This document shows positions 10,205 through 18,646 of a stretch of 64,000 nt of DNA, piece by piece. A program made the translations under genes and the position numbers. Numbering within the stretch: the stretch's first letter is position 1; every line of letters begins with the position of its first letter. Under the pieces are notes generated by a model. That model did not search any database, was not told the origin of the DNA, and saw nothing but the letters and a program-made list of their open reading frames with translations. This stretch comes from Minisyncoccota bacterium (GTDB lineage Bacteria; Patescibacteriota; Minisyncoccia; Phycocordibacterales; PALSA-1337), in assembly GCA_036516895.1 (NCBI GenBank), contig DATDZD010000002.1, forward strand, positions 13,769 to 77,768, read 5' to 3'.

Positions 10205-11284
10205 ATGACTGAAATAAAGAAGATAGAAAAATCTAGAGTAGAAATTACGGGTGTTATCTCAATTGAAGAATTTGAGAAATTCAGAAACCAAGCTCTCAAA
10301 AACATAAATGAAGAAGTAACCATAGATGGTTTCCGCAAAGGCAAAGTCCCAGAAAATATCCTTATTTCAAAAGTTGGAGAAATGACTATTCTAGAAGAGA
10401 TGGCTCAGCTTGCCATAAAAGAAGCTTATCCAAAAATAATTATCGATGAAAAAATTGACGCCATAGGTCAACCAGAAGTACATATTACAAAAATTGCCAA
10501 AGATAATCCTCTTGAATTCAAGATTGTCACGGCTATAGTGCCAGAAGTTAAACTTGGAGATTATAAGAAAATTATAGAGAAAGAAACAGGTAATGAGAAA
10601 AAAATAAAAGAAGACACAAAATCCGAGATAGAGAAAATTAGTGAACAAGAGATAGATGAAGCCATACTTCGTATTCGTCGTTCGCGAGCCGACCATAGTG
10701 GACATGACCATGAAAAGATGTCTGCCGAAGAACATGAGAAAGCTATTGACTCTTCCCTTCCAGAATTTACGGATGATTTTGTCAAGACTCTTGGCAGTTT
10801 CAAAGATATTAGAGACTTCAAAGAAAAATTGAGAATCATGCTTGTTGAGGAGAAAAAAGAAAAACAGAAAGAGAAAACAAGAATTACTATTTCAGATAAA
10901 CTCATAGAAAGCTCTACTATTGACCTCCCCGAAATACTTATTGAAAGTGAGTTGAGAAGAATGGAATCACAATTCTCTGACGATATTTCTAGAATGGGAG
11001 TAAAGATGGAAGATTATATTAAGCATGCAAAAAAATCCATGGAGGAGCTTTATAAAGATTGGAGACCTCATGCTGAGAAAAAAGCAAAGCTTCAGCTCAT
11101 ATTAAATAAAATCGCTAAAATTGAAAAAATAATAGTTGAACCAAAAGAAATAGAAGAACAAGTAGACGAGATAATGAAAAACCACAAAGACACTGACCAA
11201 GAACGCGCTACTGTATATATAGAAACCGTGCTCATGAATGAAAAAGTATTTCAGTTTTTAGAAAAGATTTCAAAGAGTAATTGA
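10205..11284 (+). CDS. tig: Trigger factor (short form)
   Basis: N-terminal ribosome-binding domain with the GFRKGKVP signature (IDGFRKGKVPENIL). 359 aa, shorter than the E. coli protein. Confidence 0.75.
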   Translation: MTEIKKIEKSRVEITGVISIEEFEKFRNQALKNINEEVTIDGFRKGKVPENILISKVGEMTILEEMAQLAIKEAYPKIIIDEKIDAIGQPEVHITKIAKDNPLEFKIVTAIVPEVKLGDYKKIIEKETGNEKKIKEDTKSEIEKISEQEIDEAILRIRRSRADHSGHDHEKMSAEEHEKAIDSSLPEFTDDFVKTLGSFKDIRDFKEKLRIMLVEEKKEKQKEKTRITISDKLIESSTIDLPEILIESELRRMESQFSDDISRMGVKMEDYIKHAKKSMEELYKDWRPHAEKKAKLQLILNKIAKIEKIIVEPKEIEEQVDEIMKNHKDTDQERATVYIETVLMNEKVFQFLEKISKSN

Positions 11285-11511
11285 AATGGGACAGCAGTAT
11301 GTGTGTGTATATCACCTATTAAGTATTAAGATCCAAAAAGCTCGTCTCAATGAGTAATTATTTACAAAGAGCTATGGTTGATACCATATCAAACTTGTTG
11401 TGTTTGTCAAGGGAGTGGGTAGGTAATATGTGTATGTATGGGGACAATTCTGTTTCAGTTATCTTATGAGATTTTTTTATAGAGACACTTAATATTGTTT
11501 TTAATATCTTG

Positions 11512-12252
11512 TCAAAAAACCATCCTAGAAATTACCGCTACCACAGCTGTCTCTGCTCGCAATATTTGTGGTCCGAGAGAATATATAGGTACATTATTTT
11601 TCTTAAAGAGTTCTAGTTCTTGTTCTGTCCATCCCCCTTCTGGTCCTATATACGCTCCGATAATATTATTGACTACCCCACTATCTGACAAATTTTCCTT
11701 GGGCTCATTGTCTATACACACATCTTTTTCAGAAAATCTTGGGGCTTTGGGGTCCCAAGCAATTGATTTTACATTAGAATAATTTGATATGGCTTTTTTC
11801 AAATCCATCATTTCGTGAAGCTCAGGCAAAATTCCCCTTCCAGATTGCTCTGACGCTTCAATAATGATTTTTTGTAGACGATTTTTATTAAGACCCTTCT
11901 TTTCACTTCTATCAGAAATGATAGGAACAATATGCAATACTCCTAGTTCTGTAGCTTTTTCTACCACCCAGTCAAAATTGCTTTTCTTTAGAATTGAGGA
12001 AAAAAGGTAGGTTTCACGGCTTGTCTTTACATTATTTTCAATCTTTTCTATTATCTTCAGATAGACAATATCCTTCTCATACTTATCCACAGTAGCTATA
12101 AAATCAAACCCTGAATTATCAAAAATGACCACCTTATCCCCAATACTAAAGTGTAGAACATTCCTCATTTGATTGAAAAGCATGGGAGAGGAAATCATTA
12201 TATTCTTATTGTTATTTATAGGTATATCGTTATAAAATCTATGTAATTTCAT
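11512..12252 (-). CDS. rsmE: 16S rRNA (uracil1498-N3)-methyltransferase RsmE
   Basis: C-terminal motifs GAYIGPEGGWTEQE and LGPQILRAETAVVAVIS are typical of RsmE (SPOUT family). The start is taken at MKLHRF, the internal Met of the track ORF. Confidence 0.75.
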   Translation of the reverse strand: MKLHRFYNDIPINNNKNIMISSPMLFNQMRNVLHFSIGDKVVIFDNSGFDFIATVDKYEKDIVYLKIIEKIENNVKTSRETYLFSSILKKSNFDWVVEKATELGVLHIVPIISDRSEKKGLNKNRLQKIIIEASEQSGRGILPELHEMMDLKKAISNYSNVKSIAWDPKAPRFSEKDVCIDNEPKENLSDSGVVNNIIGAYIGPEGGWTEQELELFKKNNVPIYSLGPQILRAETAVVAVISRMVF

Positions 12253-12308
12253 ATATTTAGCATATACTACATTTGCCAAATGTAAAAGATTGTGTATTAT
12301 TTATAGAG

Positions 12309-12414
12309 TTATACACAGGTTTATCCACCGAGTTATAAACAGGTTACACACAGTTTATCCACTTATCCACATAAAGTTATCCACTTTTTGCAATATTATC
12401 CACAGTTATCCACA
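12309..12414 (+). promoter_or_regulatory. Array of about nine same-orientation DnaA-box-like 9-mers, three of them perfect TTATCCACA, spaced about 11 bp apart and followed by an AT-rich stretch immediately upstream of clpP
   Basis: Boxes start at about 12309, 12321, 12333, 12344, 12355, 12363, 12378, 12396 and 12406. The perfect copies are at 12363, 12396 and 12406. Confidence 0.5.
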
Positions 12415-12443
12415 GTTTTAATTAAAATTAAACCAAAAATACC

Positions 12444-13016
12444 ATGCTTATCCCCACAGTTATAGAGAAAACCAATTTTGGAGAACGCGCTTATGACATA
12501 TACTCACGACTTCTAAAAGAGAATGTGATATTTCTTGGAGGACCAATAGATGACCATATAGCTAATATTATCATCGCTCAACTTCTTTTTCTCCAATATG
12601 AAGACCCAAAGAAAGATATAAACCTTTATATAAACTCCCCTGGCGGTTCTGTCACTGCAACCCTTGCCATTGTAGACACGATGAACCATGTAAAAAATAA
12701 TGTCTCCACTACATGCGTGGGTATTGCGGCATCAGGAGCGGCACTTGTTCTTTCTGCTGGAACAAAAGGCAAACGTTTTGCTCTTCCAAATTCCGAAGTT
12801 ATGATTCATCAACCATTGGGAGGAGTGGAGGGACAAGCGTCAGATATAGAAATAAGCGCGAAACATATATTAAGAATAAGAGAGAATTTAAATAAAATAC
12901 TAGCCAAAAATACAGGGCAATCGCTTTCAAAGATAGAAAAAGATGTAGACCGTGACTTCTTTATGGATGCTGAAGAAGCGAAAAAATACGGATTGATTGA
13001 CAAGGTTGTGGCATAG
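12444..13016 (+). CDS. clpP: ATP-dependent Clp protease proteolytic subunit
   Basis: 190 aa with [32 protein letters not shown]...NSPGGSVTA...MIHQPLGG, the catalytic Ser and His context. Confidence 0.9.
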   Translation: MLIPTVIEKTNFGERAYDIYSRLLKENVIFLGGPIDDHIANIIIAQLLFLQYEDPKKDINLYINSPGGSVTATLAIVDTMNHVKNNVSTTCVGIAASGAALVLSAGTKGKRFALPNSEVMIHQPLGGVEGQASDIEISAKHILRIRENLNKILAKNTGQSLSKIEKDVDRDFFMDAEEAKKYGLIDKVVA

Positions 13017-13182
13017 TTATACGATAGATATATTACTGGAATAATTTACTGTAATTTCGCTTTTTCGAAAACGTCTTAATGAATCATATTCTTATATCCA
13101 AATGAACATCTCACTTCAGTCAACTATACCGTATAAAGATACATTATTTTTGTAATCAAGAAAGGCGAATTTATATTCGCAT

Positions 13183-14712
13183 ATGTCATTAAAATTAGTA
13201 GCATTGCTTCTAGGGCTAGCCGGAACGGCAGGGCTTGGAATAGGATATTATCTTCGTCTCATAATCTCTTTAGGAAAAAAGGGTTCAATGGAGCTTGAAA
13301 TAAAAGAGATGATACTCACAGCAAGGGAAGAAACAAAGAAAATAATCACAGAGGCCGAATCAAAAGCAAATAAAATCTTGGAGGAAGCGCGTCAGGATAT
13401 AAAAGAGAAAGAGGAAAAAATACAACAATCCGAAACACGCCTTATTAAAAAAGAGGACATCCTTGACAATCGTCAAACAGACATTGACAAAGAGATTGAG
13501 CTTATAAAGACACGCGTAGCAGAAATAAAAACCATACGCGAAAAAACAGATAAAATACAAATAGAAAAAATAGAGACTCTGCAAAAAGTCGCCAATATGA
13601 GTATGGATGAAGCCAAAGACGAACTCATAAAAACTGTAGAAAAAAATGCAGAAAAAGACATCTTGACCAGGATTGCCAAATTAGAACAATCTGGTGAAGA
13701 AATTCTTGAAAACAAAGCCAAAGATATTTTGGCTATGTCCATTCAACGCCTTTCAAATTCAGTGGCGTCAGATATTATGTCCACTTCCATCACTATTCCA
13801 AATGATGAAATAAAAGGCAAAATCATAGGAAAAGAAGGCAGAAACATCAAAGCATTTGAAAGAATGACTGGGGTGGAAGTAATTGTAGACGATACCCCCG
13901 GAAATATTACAATATCATCATTTGACCCTATCAGACGCCATATAGCTAAAACAGCATTAGAAGAACTCATAAAAGACGGTCGTATTCAACCAGCAAAAAT
14001 AGAAAAGATGGTTCAAGAAGCCCAAGAAAGTATAAATAAAACAATAAAAGAAAAAGGTGAGCAAGCCGCTTATGAATGTGGCGTTATTGGCCTCGACCCT
14101 CGTATTTTGCTTATACTAGGACGGCTTCATTTTCGTACTAGTTATGGACAAAATGTTCTTCAGCATTCAATAGAGATGTCTCATATTGCTGGCATGATAG
14201 CCGAAGAGATAGGAGCCAATACAGCTGTAGCGAAAACCGGCGCTCTTCTCCATGATATTGGTAAAGCCCTTGACCATGAAGTAGTTGGGACTCATGTAGA
14301 AATAGGACGGAGGATATTACAGAAATTTGGAGCAAGTGAGGATATAGTAAAAGCAATGCAAGCGCATCATGAAGAATATCCTTATGAAACTGTTGAATCA
14401 CGCATAGTTCAATCTGCTGATGCTATTTCAGGAGCTAGACCAGGAGCTAGACGAGACAGTATAGAGAACTATTTAAGACGCTTGGGAGACCTTGAAGCGA
14501 TTGCAAATGGTTTTGAGGGTGTGGAAAAATCTTATGCCCTCCAAGCAGGACGAGAAATACGCATTTTTGTAACTCCAGAAGCTATTACCGACCTAGAAGC
14601 CAAAAATCTAGCTAGAGATATAGCCATAAAAATAGAAAAAGACCTAAAATATCCTGGCGAAATAAAAGTTACTGTTATACGAGAGACAAGGGCTATTGAA
14701 TTTGCCAGGTAA
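13183..14712 (+). CDS. rny: Ribonuclease Y
   Basis: N-terminal TM anchor, coiled coil, KH domain (GKIIGKEGRNIKAFERMTGVEVIVDD) and HD domain (LLHDIGKA...HHEE). Confidence 0.85.
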   Translation: MSLKLVALLLGLAGTAGLGIGYYLRLIISLGKKGSMELEIKEMILTAREETKKIITEAESKANKILEEARQDIKEKEEKIQQSETRLIKKEDILDNRQTDIDKEIELIKTRVAEIKTIREKTDKIQIEKIETLQKVANMSMDEAKDELIKTVEKNAEKDILTRIAKLEQSGEEILENKAKDILAMSIQRLSNSVASDIMSTSITIPNDEIKGKIIGKEGRNIKAFERMTGVEVIVDDTPGNITISSFDPIRRHIAKTALEELIKDGRIQPAKIEKMVQEAQESINKTIKEKGEQAAYECGVIGLDPRILLILGRLHFRTSYGQNVLQHSIEMSHIAGMIAEEIGANTAVAKTGALLHDIGKALDHEVVGTHVEIGRRILQKFGASEDIVKAMQAHHEEYPYETVESRIVQSADAISGARPGARRDSIENYLRRLGDLEAIANGFEGVEKSYALQAGREIRIFVTPEAITDLEAKNLARDIAIKIEKDLKYPGEIKVTVIRETRAIEFAR

Positions 14713-14728
14713 ACTATAATCATGTCTA

Positions 14729-14827
14729 GGTAAAATGGCTCGCCTGCTTGCGGTCGGAAGCACTTATTTTTGTCTCGCAAGCTCGAAAAAATAAGTCTTC
14801 CTCTCCGCAGCTCGCACGATTTTACTG
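14729..14827 (+). repeat. Intergenic imperfect-palindromic repeat, family copy A (about 99 bp) with conserved termini GGTAAAATGGCTCGC...GCTCGCACGATTTTAC
   Basis: Directly seen. It lies immediately downstream of the rny stop. There are nested inverted repeats (GCTTGCG/CGCAAGC and GGAAGCACTTATTTTT/AAAAAATAAGTCTTCC). It is homologous to the copies at 23562, 26795, 39388 and 43510. Confidence 0.6.
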
Positions 14828-14960
14828 GAAACTAAATATCTTGCATTATTTTGACTTATATGTTCCTATTTTTACCCCATTGCGTATAAAATGGCTTGTT
14901 ATATAATGATGTGGAGGTTATATACTGTTTCAGTTGATATTATTAATAATAACAATAAAT

Positions 14961-15233
14961 ATGAATAAAGTAGGAATTATAGACGCAGTCCACACAATAT
15001 TGGGTGGAACAAAGGTTCAAGCAGAGCAAGCTGTAGACACAATGTTAAATTCAATCATTGATTCTCTCAAAAGAGGAGAGGAGGTTTCTATAGCTGGACT
15101 TGGTATTTTCTCTGTAAAACAGAGAGCGGCGCGAGATGCTAGAAATCCTCGCACGGGAGAAGCTATAAAGGTAGCAGCTATGAAAGTGCCGAAGTTCCGA
15201 GCAGCAAAAGCTCTGAAGGATGCAGTAAAATAG
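14961..15233 (+). CDS. hup: DNA-binding protein HU
   Basis: 90 aa with the HU/IHF signature: MNKVGIIDAVHTILG..., GLGIFSVKQRAARDARNPRTGEAIKVAAMKVPKFRAAKALK. Confidence 0.85.
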   Translation: MNKVGIIDAVHTILGGTKVQAEQAVDTMLNSIIDSLKRGEEVSIAGLGIFSVKQRAARDARNPRTGEAIKVAAMKVPKFRAAKALKDAVK

Positions 15234-15405
15234 GGTCAAAAGTCAAAAATAAGGAGAATCAAATAGAAAATAAAAATCTTCAAGAAAATAATTCGCTCAA
15301 AAGAATTTTTATTAACAAAAAACCACCATAGTTGAAAAACTGGTGGTTTTTGCTTTAAGCAATGTATAATTATTAATACTGATTACTGAGATTAAAGAAT
15401 TGATA

Positions 15406-16086
15406 CTACCATGGGAACTTCTCTCTTTTGTACCAAAACTGTCCTGTCTCTATATTTTTATCTATTGCTGTATCAAAAATATATTTGGCTGATTCATCTG
15501 TGGTCATATCCCCTTTCCAAGCTCCCATATCTGTCTTAACTCTTCCTGGATGTATTGAAGAAACAGTGATTTTGTTTTTTAATCTGAAAGCTAGATATGT
15601 TGTGAACATGTTTAATGCGCATTTAGATATTTTATATGCTGGGTAATCTGCATGGTGGACTTTTTCAAGAGAGCCAGCCGATGAAGAAATGTTTACAATA
15701 TGCCCCCCATTATTTATTAAAGGCAATATTCTTTCAGTAAAATCAATTGGACCTATTAGATTGACTTCCAAAGTTTTCCTAAGCTTATCAATAACTACTG
15801 TATTTTCTCCTTCGTCAAAAAGTGCACCGGCATTATTTATATGAATATCAATCTTTTTGCTATTATCATTACTATCCATAGATAGAAGTTTTTCTATACC
15901 TGAAGCACACTCTTTTATACTTTTCGGTTCAAGTAAATCTAGCTTAAAAAGCTTTAAATTATCACGACCAAAATCAACATCTCCCGTAATAGAAGTACCT
16001 ATAACAAAATACCCTTCATTTATAAACTTATGAGCAAGTGCTTTTCCTATTCCTCTACTTATTCCTGTTATACATACTATTTTCAT
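15406..16086 (-). CDS. Short-chain dehydrogenase/reductase (SDR) family oxidoreductase
   Basis: TGISRGIGKALA Rossmann motif, an NNAG motif, and a YxxxK active site (YKISKCALN). Confidence 0.75.
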   Translation of the reverse strand: MKIVCITGISRGIGKALAHKFINEGYFVIGTSITGDVDFGRDNLKLFKLDLLEPKSIKECASGIEKLLSMDSNDNSKKIDIHINNAGALFDEGENTVVIDKLRKTLEVNLIGPIDFTERILPLINNGGHIVNISSSAGSLEKVHHADYPAYKISKCALNMFTTYLAFRLKNKITVSSIHPGRVKTDMGAWKGDMTTDESAKYIFDTAIDKNIETGQFWYKREKFPW

Positions 16087-16087
16087 T

Positions 16088-16161
16088 TGGTGCGGGATGG
16101 GAGAGTCGAACTCCCCACCACAGTTTGGAAAACTGTTATTTTACCGATAAACTAATCCCGC
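16088..16161 (-). tRNA. tRNA-Gly (anticodon UCC), CCA encoded
   Basis: Reverse complement GCGGGATTAGTTTATCGGTAAAATAACAGTTTTCCAAACTGTGGTGGGGAGTTCGACTCTCCCATCCCGCACCA. The acceptor stem is GCGGGAT/ATCCCGC. The anticodon stem ACAGT/ACTGT encloses the loop UUUCCAA, giving UCC. The T-loop is TTCGACT. An initial read as Trp was rejected after folding. Confidence 0.7.
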
Positions 16162-16270
16162 TTTCGTTTATTCATACTTTATAATTATTTACTTTTCCTT
16201 AATTCACCCATGAACAAAACTTATACTACCAGAAATATTTTTTTTTACTACTTCCCCACTTTCATGTCCT

Positions 16271-16702
16271 TTACATATTCCCAGTATGCTCATTCTCAAC
16301 AATCTTTTTTATCTCATCAACTTCTTCTTTCATCTCTTTTACTGTCTCACTCAACTCTTCTATTTGTCTTTCTTCTACTCCAACTTCTTTCTCTGTTCTT
16401 TCAGTTGCTTTTTTTTGATGTTTCAATCCAGATATAAGAATAGTGTCTCCAATAAAATAAGAGACGAACAGCCCTGTAGCCAAAAGGATGGCGGTAACGA
16501 TTAACATATTAATTGGTTCATAAAAGATGAAACCGAGAATACCGCCTTTTGCTTGTAAAATATCTGCTGTATGCCACACTCCTCTCCAAAATAATACAAT
16601 AGCTATACCACCAATGATTGTGTATATAATAGGATAATGGCTCAAATGACCTCGTACTTTATCTTCAAATTTATCAAAAAAGATTATGATTGATTTCCAC
16701 AT
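16271..16702 (-). CDS. Hypothetical membrane protein (3-4 TM) with an acidic coiled-coil C-terminus
   Basis: 143 aa. Hydrophobic segments IIGGIAIVLFW, GFIFYEPINMLIVTAILLATGLFVSYFIG. Confidence 0.45.
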   Translation of the reverse strand: MWKSIIIFFDKFEDKVRGHLSHYPIIYTIIGGIAIVLFWRGVWHTADILQAKGGILGFIFYEPINMLIVTAILLATGLFVSYFIGDTILISGLKHQKKATERTEKEVGVEERQIEELSETVKEMKEEVDEIKKIVENEHTGNM

Positions 16703-16759
16703 GTAAGTATTTAAATACCATCATAACATTATTTAATTCATAATACTGTAATCTATATA

Positions 16760-16835
16760 TGGTCGGAGCGCCGGGATTCGAACCCGGAGTCGCCTGTTCC
16801 CAAAACAGGAATGTTAACCGTTACACCACGCTCCG
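16760..16835 (-). tRNA. tRNA-Pro (anticodon UGG), CCA encoded
   Basis: Reverse complement CGGAGCGTGGTGTAACGGTTAACATTCCTGTTTTGGGAACAGGCGACTCCGGGTTCGAATCCCGGCGCTCCGACCA. The anticodon stem CCTGT/ACAGG encloses the loop UUUGGGA. The T-loop is TTCGAAT. Confidence 0.8.
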
Positions 16836-17009
16836 ATGATTTTCTTTAACTTTCTTTCTTTAACTTTTTTAACTTTTTATTACTAAGAACTTTCACATAC
16901 TAGCACAATAACCAATAAAACTCCATATTTTTAGCTCTGATTTGATAAAAACCTTATGTAAATATGAATTTATATAATATCTGCAAAATAATGTTTGTTG
17001 TGATGAGAT

Positions 17010-17396
17010 TTATAGAATAACATTTTCCATAAAAGTAACCTTTGCTCTTCTCGTTTTTTGGTCCATACGAACAACAATGACATGGAATTGAAATTCGGTA
17101 TCCAGCTTATACTTTCTCTCGAGCAAATAAGTCTGAACAGCTCTTTTAAGGCGTTTGCATTTAAGTTCATGGACATTTTCTTCTGGTCTATATTCATCTT
17201 TTGACCTATTATTTGTCTTTTTTACTATTATGCTTTTGACCTCAATGAAGTGGATTATGCCATCTTTTGCAACGATAATATCAATTTCACCCCACTTTTT
17301 GCTATAGTTTCTCTCAATAATAAGAAAATTATGCTTCTTTAGCCACTTACAAGCAATTTCCTCACCAATATCTCCTATAAGACGGTTATAAGCCAT
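17010..17396 (-). CDS. yraN: YraN/UPF0102 family endonuclease
   Basis: 128 aa. N-terminus [55 protein letters not shown] fits the UPF0102 signature (GE.D.I). Confidence 0.7.
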   Translation of the reverse strand: MAYNRLIGDIGEEIACKWLKKHNFLIIERNYSKKWGEIDIIVAKDGIIHFIEVKSIIVKKTNNRSKDEYRPEENVHELKCKRLKRAVQTYLLERKYKLDTEFQFHVIVVRMDQKTRRAKVTFMENVIL

Positions 17397-17408
17397 ATTA
17401 TTTGTCCT

Positions 17409-17448
17409 TTATACACATTGTCCACAGACTTATCCACAGTTATACACA
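17409..17448 (+). promoter_or_regulatory. Second phased array of DnaA-box-like 9-mers (TTATACACA, TTGTCCACA, TTATCCACA perfect, TTATACACA) at about 10-11 bp spacing
   Basis: Directly seen between the yraN start (17396, minus strand) and the tRNA-Gly(GCC) 3' end (17491). All four boxes share one orientation. Confidence 0.45.
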
Positions 17449-17490
17449 TCCATACACAGTATGACCCCCAATAATCTACAACTTTCCTAA

Positions 17491-17564
17491 TGGTGCGGGC
17501 ACCGGGAATCGAACCCGAATCTCGTCCTTGGCAAGGACGTGTTCTACCACTAAACCATGCCCGC
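17491..17564 (-). tRNA. tRNA-Gly (anticodon GCC), CCA encoded
   Basis: Reverse complement GCGGGCATGGTTTAGTGGTAGAACACGTCCTTGCCAAGGACGAGATTCGGGTTCGATTCCCGGTGCCCGCACCA. The anticodon stem CGTCC/GGACG encloses the loop UUGCCAA. Confidence 0.8.
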
Positions 17565-17748
17565 ATTTTGTTATTTTTACATATTATATTATGCAAGTGT
17601 AAATCACTTTCAATTCAGTATAAGATAATTCGTCTTTTTTTACCAGATTTTTTGCTATATAATACCACTTTCCTACCCCCCCCCACCAATACTTTTATCC
17701 CATTTATTTCTCTCTATTCTCTCCACTTTATGGGGTACAGATCACTTG

Positions 17749-17821
17749 TGCGCTCGGAGGGACTCGAACCCCCAACCCCCTGGTCCGAAGCCAGGTGCTC
17801 TATCCATTGAGCCACGAGCGC
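17749..17821 (-). tRNA. tRNA-Arg (anticodon UCG), CCA not encoded
   Basis: Reverse complement GCGCTCGTGGCTCAATGGATAGAGCACCTGGCTTCGGACCAGGGGGTTGGGGGTTCGAGTCCCTCCGAGCGCA. The anticodon stem CCTGG/CCAGG encloses the loop CUUCGGA. Confidence 0.75.
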
Positions 17822-17883
17822 GTATTATTGACTATATATAGTTTTATTACTCTCAATCACTCTAAACTTATGAACACCTTACA

Positions 17884-18576
17884 TCAACTATAATACCTCA
17901 TCAAGAGCTTTTGCCAAGCAATCACCTTTCTTAAAACCTCAACCTTTATAACCAAAATTTCCAAAGAACCCTTGTATTCCCTATCTCTTTCATTATTTCT
18001 AGACCTAATATACACAGTTTTTTGAAATAAATCATGAGGAATTCCGACTATTCTAGACCAAATTTCTTCACAATTTCGGTCTTTGTGAGATATATCCAGA
18101 AAAACCCTATATTTAGCCATTTTACAAGATAAATTGAGATATTTTTCCATCCAGACAAGAATTATCTTGATTATATTAACATCGGCACTTGTAAACTGAA
18201 AAGCACTACCTTGCTTTAGACCATGGGACAAATAAAGTCCCATTCCCAACATAAAAAATGAATCTCTTTGCAATTTTGGGAAATCTTTCTCAATATTCTC
18301 ATACATTATCTTTTCTTTGAAAATCTTTTTTGTTCGTATTGATATGGAAGCGTTGAGTCTTCCCTTTTCCATTTTAGCTTTTAGATTTTTTTGTAAAGCA
18401 ATTTTTTCAATTTCAGTTAGTCGTACATTTTTTACCCAATTTGAAACAGATGTTTTTGATATATTTAGCTTACTAGCGATATCATTGTATGAATAACCCA
18501 ACCTTCTCAATTCAATAGCTTTTTTGGCTATTTGTACAGTATCTCTCATGGTATATAGTATTATACCACTATTCAT
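17884..18576 (-). CDS. Hypothetical protein with an N-terminal helix-turn-helix
   Basis: 230 aa. An HTH-like segment (LGYSYNDIASKLNISKTSVSNWVKN) lies near the N-terminus. It is adjacent to the tRNA cluster and no catalytic family was recognised. Confidence 0.45.
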   Translation of the reverse strand: MNSGIILYTMRDTVQIAKKAIELRRLGYSYNDIASKLNISKTSVSNWVKNVRLTEIEKIALQKNLKAKMEKGRLNASISIRTKKIFKEKIMYENIEKDFPKLQRDSFFMLGMGLYLSHGLKQGSAFQFTSADVNIIKIILVWMEKYLNLSCKMAKYRVFLDISHKDRNCEEIWSRIVGIPHDLFQKTVYIRSRNNERDREYKGSLEILVIKVEVLRKVIAWQKLLMRYYS

Positions 18577-18646
18577 AACTATGCAAAATATAGTCTAAAT
18601 GTTAGAATTGCTATGGTCGTAATACCGATTTAATTTTAATCCAAAA

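Noticed and set aside
16088-16161. Initial reading of this tRNA as tRNA-Trp (CCA)
   Set aside because: Proper cloverleaf folding places the anticodon stem at ACAGT/ACTGT with loop UUUCCAA, giving anticodon UCC (Gly). The CCA triplet is not in anticodon position.
17375-17596. 73 aa ORF overlapping tRNA-Gly(GCC)
   Set aside because: It overlaps a well-folded tRNA. A spurious ORF.
17884-18576. Homing endonuclease (LAGLIDADG) or IS30-type transposase identity for the HTH protein next to the tRNAs
   Set aside because: Only a weak LGMGLYLSHG resemblance. No DDE or LAGLIDADG catalytic pattern could be supported.
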